The notes under the pieces are model-generated. The model was not told the origin of the DNA, did no database searches, and saw nothing but the letters and a program-made list of their open reading frames with translations. The position numbers and the translations under genes are program-made. A DNA stretch of 64,000 nucleotides. Origin: Malacoraja senta (Eukaryota). The number at the start of each line of letters is the position of its first letter. Position 1 is the stretch's first letter. The stretch is taken from contig JAXLNO010000230.1 in NCBI GenBank assembly GCA_038087875.1, positions 248,001-312,000 on the forward strand, in the 5' to 3' direction. Positions 1 to 9,535 of this stretch are shown one piece after another.

Positions 1-568
1 TTCTGTTCATGAAGTCTTCTGCTGACAGTGGTCATTGACAAATCCACACCTGATTCCTGAAGAGTGTTTCTGATCTGTCGAACAGGTGTTTGGGGATTTT
101 TTCTTTATTATAGAGAGAATTCTTCTGTCATCAGCTGTGTAGGTCTTCCTTGGCCTGCCAATCCCTTTGCGATTAGTAAGCTCACCAGTGCTCTCTTTCT
201 TCTTAATGATGTTCCAAACAGTTGATTTTGGTAAGCTCAAGGTTTGGCTGATGTCTCTAACAGTTTTATTCTTGTTTCTCAGTCTCATAATGGGGTGGAA
301 GATTGCAACCTTCACGTGGTCTGCCCTGTTTCGACAAATGCAATCAACCTGGAGTGCACAATCAAATAAGATCAAATAGAACAAGTTGTCATACAACTTA
401 AGGCTCTGCACGCCATACTCAAGAAGAAGAAGAAGTCTCATGATGGCTTCTTTGACTTTCATTGATGTAACTTTGGTCCTCATGTTGATAAACAGCAATA
501 AAAGTTTCCAAAGGTGATGGAAAGACTGGAGGAAAGACTAGATGTTGAGAGCTCTCTTATATCTGCAC

Positions 569-2012
569 CAGGCATGTGCCGTGAGTAATTACTTAGGGTA
601 GGCAGTCAGTCGGATTTTAAAAATAAATCTTAAACCGCGCATGCGCAGATTGTTCACCTCTCCATAAAAATAAAAAAAATAAATGAAGAAAGTAACAATT
701 CAATTTGCCCAAGGCTTCCAAATCCCCTTCATTCTGAATTACTGAATGGGTGGGGGGTGGAGGGTGACGGCTGGTGGATAGACGGTGGGGAAAACGGGAG
801 CACACCGGGACAGGTTGAATCAGTTGTGATCTTATTGAATGACAATAATGAATGAATGAATGAATAAGTTTATACTAATACTAATTCAAGGGAACAATTG
901 GGGGGAGAGTTCCTTTCAGAGCGTATGGGGAGTCTGTGCCAAGGTTAAAGTTGCGGGGAGGGCAGGAGCGTTGAGAAGGAGGGGGTCGGGGATCATGCCA
1001 GTAACCCACTCATTCACCGCTGCTGCGGCGCTCCGGGCGCAGAGCCACCGCATTGCGGTCGGGGAGGGAAGCAGCTCGGCGGGACTGGACAGCAGAACTG
1101 GCCGCCACTTCAGCGCCTTCTGCCGGCCCGCTCACCTCTGCCAGTGCTCTCCGTCTGAACATCTCTCACCTGCCACTTGCCAGCTTCGCTCATGTCAGCC
1201 GCTTCCCACAAATCCTGAAATTCCCACAGCCGAGTAACCTCAATTGGTCCATTGATCGCGCTGTCGGAATTTAAGGATTTGTGGGAAGCGGCTGACATGA
1301 GTGAGGCCGGCGAGCGGCAGGAGAGAGGTTTTCAGACGGAGAGCACTGCCAGAGGTGAGCGGGGGCCGGCAGAGGGTGCTGTCCGGTCCCGGCGGCCGCT
1401 CGCAGTCACCCGAGCTACTTCAACCCCCGGCCACAATGCGGTGGCTCTGCGCCTGGAGCGTCGCAAGTGGGTTACTGGGATGATCCCTGACCCCCGCCTT
1501 CTGAACACTCCTGCCCTCATCGCAAATTTACCCCGGGCCACTCCCCACAGGCTGTGAAAGGAACTCTTTCCCCCCCCCACCCCGGGAAATACGGTATTTA
1601 AAAACATATAGCACCAAGAAATGTACTTACCACATTATCGGTACACGTACTCCATTCTTCTCTTTGTTTCCTAAGATACTCTTAAGATAATGGCAATCCA
1701 TGTATGAAAAACCCACCAAGAAACTTGCGCTGCGCATGCGCAGTACTGCAAAGGCAGAATTTCAGCTGCCTTCAGCTCTCCCTGTCATTGATGGCTTGAA
1801 GCAGCGCCGATGTTACGTGGGCTGCACAGACATTCGCGTGTTACAAATACTGCGGATGAAAGGCACGGAGAATTATGCCTACCGAAGAGATCGATCTCTT
1901 AGATGGATACAATTCTCCCATGCCTTTACTATTTATATTTAATAATTACCATTTTATAATTTTAGTCAGGGTAGGCATTGCCTACCTTGCCTACCCTGAC
2001 GGCACGTGCCTG
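569..2012. mobile_element. Non-autonomous hAT-type DNA transposon (MITE)
   Basis: TIRs caggcatgtgccgtgag / ctgacggcacgtgcctg. 8-bp TSD atctgcac (561-568) / acctgcac (2013-2020). Removing it restores the Tc1 sequence seen at ~11025-11050. No transposase ORF. Confidence 0.85.
898..1577. repeat. Long imperfect GC-rich inverted repeat inside hAT MITE
   Basis: Arms ~898-1230 and ~1260-1577 are reverse complements (e.g. ctcatgtcagccgcttcccacaaatcct / aggatttgtgggaagcggctgacatgag). The ORF track mirrors this on both strands. Confidence 0.9.
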
Positions 2013-2623
2013 ACCTGCACGAAGGAGGCAATTAAATACACCTGAGCAATTACAAACATCCGTGAAACCATGTGCCCCAAACATTATGGTGCCCTGAAAT
2101 GGGGGGACTATGTATAAACACATCTGTAATTTCTACATGGTGAAACTAAAATGTATAAAAATGGTCTTTATTAAAATCTGACAATGTGCACTTTCACCAC
2201 ATGTGATTTTTTCTATTACAAACATCAAATTGTGGAGTACTGAGGCAAATAAATAAATGATGGGTCTTTGTCCCAAACATTCTGGAGGGCACTGTATGTG
2301 TTTAAGTTATGTTGCACTAGAACAAACAAGGAATGTGCCACCAATCCCTTCAAACCTGCCCCACCATCCAATAAGATCACAGCTGAAAGAAAGGACAGGA
2401 CAAAGCCTGGCAAGTGATAGATGGATACAGGTGAGGGAAGAGAGATGCGGGAGGGAGGGGGAATGGGGGTTGTTGTGTAGTTACTTAAAATTGGTCAATG
2501 TTCATATTGTTGGGTTGTAAGCTACCAAAATGGAATATGAAGTGCTATTCCTCTAGTTTGGGGCACAGGGAAGGGAGGAGGGAGTTTGGTTAGTTACCTA
2601 AAATGCAATATTACTGACACCAA

Positions 2624-2731
2624 CAGTGCCCTCCATAATGTTTGGGACAAAGACCCATCGTTTATTTATTTGCCTCTGTACTCCACAATTTGAGATTTGT
2701 AATAGGAAAAAATCACATGTGGTTAAAGTGA
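2624..2731. mobile_element. Isolated Tc1 family A TIR fragment
   Basis: cagtgccctccataatgtttgggacaaagaccc... nearly identical to the TIR starting at 9536. Confidence 0.85.
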
Positions 2732-3884
2732 ATTGAGGCCATCTATGTTGGCCTCAACTCATTTTCTGTGGCAGTTCCTCATAACTCTCAATTCCTCAAT
2801 GTTACAAATATATATCTATCCCCATGTTAAATATATCAATTGTCACCAAAATATATCTAATGATCTAGCCTCCACCACCATCAGACAGAATTGCAGAGAT
2901 TCAGCTTTCTCTAAGAGTAGAAATGTTAATGCATCTCAATTTTCAATGACCTTGTCCTTTTTTGTATGTCCCCTTGTTTGTGACCCCAACATTTTCTCTG
3001 TCAGATTACTTTGGGATGTTTGCACAAGGTTACGCCTCGGTTCTTCTAAACTCAGACCCAACCTGTCTTCCTTCTCTTGAAAGGGTAATCAATCCTCTCA
3101 TCCCAGAAATTAACTTGGTTAATGTCTTGATTTTTGACTCCTGATCTTTGTCAAAATGAAAATATTAACAAGCACCTCACAGGAAGAGAGGGGGACAAAG
3201 AGTTTAAGGGAAGAAACAAAAGCAAGTTAGGTCGACGTACTCCCATCAAGGGTAGAAGAAAGAAACACGATGGATGAGATAGGGCCAGAATTGGAGCGCA
3301 AAGATTTCAGAAGATTGTAGGACAGCGGGACAGAAAGTGAGGGGTTAAGGGTTTAAGATATGAGAGAAATTATTTTAGAACAGCTTTTCTGTCCAAAACC
3401 CGGCAAACAGCCAAATGAGTGATGAGTACTGAATAAAACAAGTTAGGCAAAATAACTGATTACATCGGTCCACCATAAAGACATGCAAGTGTCTAAAGCG
3501 TTCAAGCTATCCCGATAGCTCAAAATTAAATCAGAAATAATGAAATGTCACCCTCTGAGATAAAGACTAATCACAATTACAACAGAAGTAATACCTGGAA
3601 CTAGTAAGTGAAGACAAGATCACCAAGGTTCAAAGCAAAACATTTAATGTCAATGCTGGAGGACATTTGCTGTTCCAGATAAGGGAATGTTAACTGCTGA
3701 ATGTTTTCTTGTAATTTCTTTTGTCAATTATTCACGCCTTCACTTACAAAGTAAGACGTAATGAACAAGGCAGCTCTTTATTTATGAAAAAGAAACCGTT
3801 ACTGATACCACATTTGACAGAATTTGTATCAAATGAAATAGAAAATAAATTAATACTTTTTCCCCATTACTCAAATAAAGACAC

Positions 3885-4282
3885 CTGCAAATCCTTGGTT
3901 CACTCATACTTTCCCACCAAAAGCACTCCTCAGGTACTTTCCCGCGCAACCATAGGAGATGTAACACCAAGTCTCTCACACCAGACCTTCCAGGTGAGAC
4001 AGAGGTTCACGTGCAACTCTACCCTCATTTACTGCATCCTATGTTCCTGATGTGGCCTCCTTTTCATTGGTGTGACCAAGCATAGACTCAAGGACCTTTT
4101 TGCTGAAGATGTGCTGGGTCTACATGGCCCACTGGATCTCCTGGTTGCTTATCATTTTTACTCCTCTTCCCATATAGACCTTTCTATCATGGCGCTCCTC
4201 CATTGCCAGTGCAAGACCACACACAAACTGGAGGAACTGCACCTCATATTCCTCTTGGGTAGCATACAACCCAACGGTCTGA
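3885..4282 (+). mobile_element. Penelope-like element GIY-YIG endonuclease remnant (5' part, interrupted by HERO)
   Basis: Degenerate QVRQRFTC..LIYCILCS*CGLLFIGVTKHRL...KLEELHLIFLLGSIQPNGL. The reading continues SIEFS at 8401. Confidence 0.8.
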
Positions 4283-4447
4283 GAATCAAATACACAGGAC
4301 AAGATGTTAAGATGTCCCTTGTGCCAATAGGTGGGGAGCATTTCACGACATTCGTTGACTGTTGAGAGTGGTAGACGCTCAACATCGGGGGGGGGGGGTG
4401 GGGGGGGTAACCTTCAGGACAGTTGGGCACAGGACACATCATCAGTA
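4282..4447. repeat. Terminal direct repeat of HERO element (3' copy)
   Basis: agaatcaaatacacagg...cacatcatcagta, repeated at 8237-8403 with ~3 substitutions plus G-tract variation. Confidence 0.95.
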
Positions 4448-4496
4448 GTGTACCCTTGCATCACTGGGTGTTTCGGCCTTTTAACACTATACACCC
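4431..4496 (-). ncRNA. Candidate rearranged (non-circularly permuted) hammerhead ribozyme in HERO 3' UTR
   Basis: Minus strand reads GGGUG-UA-UAGUGU-UAAAAGGCC-GAAA-CACCC-...-ACACUA-CUGAUGA-UGUGUCC. Helix III (GGGUGU/ACACCC) and helix I (UAGUGU/ACACUA) are perfect and abut the GUA, GAAA and CUGAUGA core motifs. Helix II is weak. Confidence 0.6.
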
Positions 4497-4566
4497 TCCA
4501 CAAGGGCGGCCCGCTGCAGGATGATCAACCCTCAGCGCATGTCCCGTGTCAAACCGTCCCAAAGAT

Positions 4567-7500
4567 TCACCCCGACATACTTGGGTCCCAGCATGGGTCT
4601 TTCCGCTTGAGCCAAATCCACCGGCTGCTTCTTTCAGCCGCCTCTGAGAGTGATCTTATGGTCTTCCGCAGAGCCTGACCGTGGATTCCAAGCTCCTTCA
4701 GCAGTCTGATGGTAGATGACGCAACAAATCCTCTGCATCCCACTTCAACTGGATAGACTTTGGTGTTCCAGCCACGCTGCGTTGCCTCTGCTGCAAGCTC
4801 TGCGTAGCGCAGCTTCTTACGCTCATAGGCCTCCTCAACAGAGTTCTCCCATGGAACTGTGAGCTCTATGATGTAAGCAGTCTTCTGTGAAGGGGACCAG
4901 AACACCAAGTCTGGCCTGAGGGTGGTGGAAGCAATTTCAGGTGGAAAAATTAGTTGTCGGCCGATGTCCGCCAGCATCCTCCAGTCACGGGCTCTGCATT
5001 GGCTTCCTTCTTCTGATCTGGTGGAAGGAAGTTTAGAAGTTTTCTGTCCTTCTCGGACAAAGGTTATTACCCTTAGGGGAGGGGGGTTGCTTGCTCTCGG
5101 AGGCAAGGAGTTGGTCGCACACCGCCTGTTCTCAAGGGCTGATGCCAAGCTTTTTAGTACCTGATTATGCCGCCACGTGTATCTCCCTTGCGTGAGGCTG
5201 GTCTTGCAGCCTACCATGATGTGTTTGAGGGTCGCTGGAGTTGGGCAGATGGCACAGCTTGGATCCTCGCCGTACCACTGATGGAGGTTCTTTGGTGCTG
5301 GAAGCACGTCATATGTCGCTCTGATGATGAAGCTGATCTTGCTTGCTTCCATTTCCCATAGTTCTTTCCAGCTGATCTTCCTCCGCTCCACACCTTCCCA
5401 CTGCATCCATTGCCCCTGCTTGGCAAGAGAGACCGCCTTTGCACTTCTTGCGGCCTCCTCCTGTCGCCGCACCTCCTCAACCACCAACGTCCTCCGCTCT
5501 GATGTTGTGGCCTTTCGCTAAGTTGGTTTACTTGTCGTAAGGCCAAAGCCTCCTCTTCCCTGCTGGACTTGCCCCACTATGTCTTTGTGCCTCAGGGCTG
5601 ATGAAGCTTGCTGTACTGCATCAGATGGTGTCCACTTCCGGCCAGTTGCTAGGGGCGGCGCAACAGCACTGATGGTCTTGTCTCTAGAGTCCCTCAGTGT
5701 CATCTGGAGTCTTACTTTAGAACACTTATATTCCTCTGTTAGACTAGTGAGAGGTAGTTCCAGGACCACTTTGCCATAGAGGCCGATGTTAGTTAGACAT
5801 CGTGGGACACCGAGCCATTTCTTCACGTATGAAGTTATGGTTCGCTCCATCTTCTCCACAGTTGTTATTGGGGCTTCATAAACGGTCAGTGGCCACATTG
5901 TCTGAGGAAGGAGTCCAAACTGTAGGCACCAGAGCTTCAGTTTCCCAGGCAGTAGGGTCTGATTGATGTTCTCCAGTCCATTGACAATTTCTTGCCTTAG
6001 TTGTTGCACCTGCTCTTTGTCCTTGAGACTTGCGTTATACCATCTTCCCAGGCTTTTAACTGGCTGCTCAGACACTGTTGGTATTGGGTCATCACCGATA
6101 CAGAACCTTGTGTCTCTAAGCACCCCCTTGACTATGGAGATGCTTCGAGATTTACTTGGTTTGATTTTCATTCGGGCCCACTTGATGTTCTCCTGCAGCT
6201 TTCCAAGTAGCCGCTTGGTGCATGCTGCAGTAGTGGTTAGTGTTGTCATGTCGTCCATGTATGCCCTGATGGGTGGCAGACGGAGCCCAGCCCTGGTTCG
6301 TTCACCGCCCACCACCCATTTTGAGGCCCTGATGATGACTTCCATGGCCATTGTAAAGGCCAAGGGTGAGACTGTGCAGCCTGCCATGATGCCTACTTCC
6401 AAGCGCTGCCATGTTGTACTGAAGTCAGCTGTTGTGAAGCACAGCTGCAGGTCTTGGTAATATTTCTTGACCAGTGTGGTGATGAGCTCTGGTACATGAA
6501 AAAGGCAAAAGATTCCCAAAGGTGTTCATGGGGAACTGAACCAAATGCATTGGCCAGATCGAGGAAGATCACATGTAGGTCTCTCTTGTCCTTCTTAGTT
6601 GCTTGGATCTGGTGCCGGATCATGCTTGTATGCTCCAAGCAGCCCGAAAATCCTGAAATTCCTGCTTTCTGTACAGATGTATCAATGTACTTGTTTGTTA
6701 CCAGATAGGTGGACAGCCTTTGTGATACAATGCTAAAAAAGATTTTTCCCTCGACGTTGAGGAGACATATTGGCCGGAATTGGCTGATGTCTGACGAATC
6801 CTTTTCTTTAGGTATTAGCACGCCGCCGGCCCTTCGCCACGCCTTAGGTATTGTTTGCTTCTTCCACACCACCCTCATGAGCTTCCATAGAAAGCGTAAC
6901 ACATCCGGTGCGTTCTTGTAGAGCTTGTATGGTACTCCGTTTGGCCCCGGAGCTGATGCTGCTCTTGCTCGCCGGACCGTGTTCTCCACCTCTTTCCATC
7001 TCGGAGGGCTGGTGTCCATGTTGAATTCAGGTGGTTGAATAGGCGGGATGTCATGTGGGATGACCAACTGCTCATGCCTTTTCGTGTCTTTGTGGGCCTT
7101 TTCCAGGTGTTCCTCCAATTCCTGTTTTGATGTTTTCAAAGTTCCACTTTTTTCCTTTGCGAAGAGGTCTTTGATGAACTTGAAAGGGTTTTTATAGAAC
7201 CGTGTTCTTGTGTGTTCTTTCTTCTTGCGAAGTTTCCTCAAGTTCTCTGCTTTTCGCAAGGTTGCCAATCGGTTCTTGATGTCCTCTTGGAGTAGCATGA
7301 GACCTCTCTCTGCGTCAGTTGCTTTTTTCCATTGCTTTTTCAACTGTCTCCTCGCTCTGATTAGCCTCTCGATCTCCTGCTGCCTCCTGGACTTGATTGG
7401 TGTTGGTAATTTCTTTCCACCTCTCCCTTTACTCACCCCAAACCGTTCTTCTCCATAGCTGTAGATTGTGTTGCCCATCCTTTCAAGCTTTTCCACTGCT

Positions 7501-8105
7501 GTGCCTGTTTGTTGCTCCAAGATATGTATAAGGTCACTGTTGACCGTCTCCCACTCTTTCTTTTCAACAGCCTTGGGCCATTTCACTCCAGGTTTGTGCC
7601 CTTTGATCTTTCCCTCCAATGGAAGTCTTTGTAGTTGTTGCGTGGGCTCCTCCACCGGCATTTCTGTGCTTGTATCACCCTCTTCAGTGACATGGGTGCT
7701 GATGCTCTGCGAACTTTGGTTTGTGTCCCGTCGCTGTGCTTCACTCGACTGATTTGACTGGTTGCTTCGTAAGAAGTACTGGTCAATGCGAGGCCCATGT
7801 TTCTGCTCTCTCAAGCACTTTTTCTTCCCTTGGTGGATCTTCAAGCCCTTCACTGATGTTAATTTCTCCCAACCACAGATGCACACCTGAAGTTTGAGTC
7901 CCGCAGCTGTTGTGGATGTCTCATGTGCCATGCTCTCCTTGTCAGTAGTCGTTTCCGTTCCTGGGTCTGTAACCGTGTTATCAATCGGTGAGCCATCTTC
8001 CGCCCCCGCTCTCGCAGGCTCTAGGGGTATTCTCTTTATTTTACTTTTAGTAGCATTTAGCAGGTGTCTCCAACTAGCTGAAACAGCGTTGGGGACTGCT
8101 GTCAT
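4567..8105 (-). pseudogene. RT + restriction-like endonuclease polyprotein of HERO element (frameshifts/stop near ~6515 and ~5520)
   Basis: ORFs 6393-8105, 5518-6519 and 4567-5487 are consecutive parts of one RT-RLE protein. Confidence 0.88.
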
Positions 8106-8236
8106 GGGTAGCTAGCCCATGACGGCCCCAGTGGGGTCTGTTCCCTCCTGTCAGCTGTCTCTCCAAGCTGTCACATGGACTTTCCCATGTTGTCAGCTGT
8201 CCTTTCACAGCAGTCATTGGACGAGTCCAGATTATC

Positions 8237-8403
8237 AGAATCAAATACACAGGACAAGATGTTAAGAAGTCCCTTGTGCCAATAGGTGGGGAGCATTTCA
8301 CGACATTCATTGATTGTTGAGAGTGGTAGACGCTCAACATCGGGGGGGTGGGGGGGGGGGGGGTAACCTTCAGGACAGTTGGGCACAGGACACATCATCA
8401 GTA
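8237..8403. repeat. Terminal direct repeat of HERO element (5' copy)
   Basis: Direct copy of 4282-4447. Confidence 0.95.
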
Positions 8404-8775
8404 TTGAATTCTCCATTTTTCAGTAACTAACCAAAACCCATGCCCCATCTGCACTCGCTCCTTTCGCCTACATTTCTCCCTCCTTTTGCCTACATTTCTT
8501 CCTCCTGCTTCACAATTTGCAGCTCATCATTCTTTACCTCACACCTTTTGTCTTTTTATCTCTGGCCTTTGGCCAATCATTTGACTATCACCCCCTCCCC
8601 CTCACCTGTATCCACCTCTAACTTGCCAGGCTTTGTATTTTACTTTCCTCTCTTCCCACTTTCATCCTGCCCCCACCACAGTTAGTCTGAAGAAGGGTCC
8701 CGACCTGAAATGTCACCTGTCCAAGTTATCCAAAGATGCTGCCTGGTCTCATGAGTTACTCCAGCACTTTGTCTT
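8401..8775 (+). mobile_element. Penelope-like element 3' end/pLTR with degenerate minimal hammerhead
   Basis: Continuation of 3885-4282. ctgaaga-agggtcccgacct-gaaa-tgtc at 8687-8714, followed by the gatgctgcctg..tgagttactccagca tail shared with other copies. Confidence 0.78.
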
Positions 8776-9099
8776 AGAATGCAGCCCTTCACCAGTTAAG
8801 CAGTTTTACATTAGATTGTATTACCTTTTTTGCCTAACTATACTAAAACTGATGATGTGATTTATGTTCCCCAAGTGTTCTACCACGTCATGCTCTCCTT
8901 GTCTATCCTTGGCCCTGTTTATTCTGCTTAATGAGAATTGGCACTATTTTCTTTGCTATTGGGTTAATAAAGTGCTCCATGCAAATGTTTGCTTTCATTT
9001 CTACCATTTCGCTCCCTGTTTGCTTTTTAAACTGTTACTCAACCAGACCATAACAGGATAATTGATGTCTCCCATTATCGCTACTACCTTATTTTTGCA

Positions 9100-9412
9100 T
9101 CTCATAGAATCATCCAGCATGGAAACAGTCCCTTCAACCCACCTCGTCCATGCCCCATCTGAGCTGCTCCCATTTGCCCATGTTTGGCCCTCCAAACCAT
9201 TCCTATCCATGTACCTGTCCAAATGTATTTTAAATGTTGTTATTGTAGCTGCCTTGACTACTACTTCTGGCAGAAAGCTCCGTATACCCACCACTGTGTG
9301 AAAAAGTTGCCCCTCAGCTTCCTATTAAATATATCTCCCCTCATCTCAAACCAATGCCCTCCAAGTCTTGATTCCCCTACCCTGGAAAAAAGAGTCTGTG
9401 CATTCACCTTGC
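9100..9412 (-). mobile_element. Old CR1-type LINE 3' fragment
   Basis: Minus-strand LPEVVVKAATITTFKIHLDRYMD resembles the CR1 ORF2 C-terminus of the younger copies in this window. Confidence 0.7.
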
Positions 9413-9535
9413 CTCGATGAATGGAAATGAAATGTTGGACTGATACCGGGCAAATGGCTTATGGAGGTTGTGGCTCTTTTGTGCAAATTCTTTTGTTCCC
9501 TCTATGGAAACAACTTTACTCTGCATCTTTATGTA

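Larger units (their letters stand above)
1..2294 (-). mobile_element. Tc1 transposon family A, partial (runs off window), interrupted by hAT MITE
   Basis: Degenerate transposase N-terminus (RDISQTLSLPKSTVWNIIKK..GRPRKT). TIR ends ...ggagggcactg|TA at 2294. Same family as 9536-11313 and 28410-34813. Also carries a ~140-bp extra segment at ~292-435. Confidence 0.9.
4283..8400 (-). mobile_element. HERO-type RLE non-LTR retrotransposon, near full length, with terminal direct repeats
   Basis: One ancestral ORF in 3 pieces: N-terminal Zn-finger-like CICG..GLKIHQGKKKC, RT (SAPGPNG, FRPICLLN, FLDLANAFGS, GIMAGC, YMDD), CCHC CAIC..LKHIMVGC, RYTWRHNQVL, and RLE RPDLV..IIELTVPWE..KKLRY. Removing it rejoins the host ggtctga|gtattgaa. 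Confidence 0.88.

Noticed and set aside
860..1607. GC-rich ORFs on both strands as genes
   Set aside because: Mirror-image products of the palindrome; no recognisable domain.
2185..2731. Two Tc1 TIRs as a small MITE
   Set aside because: They are back-to-back (outer ends facing each other), so they belong to separate insertions.
4282..8403. Direct repeats read as LTRs of an LTR retrotransposon, or as a giant TSD
   Set aside because: The protein is RT-RLE with no integrase or protease, and there is no TG..CA, PBS or PPT. The repeat is not host sequence, because the Penelope host rejoins cleanly without it.
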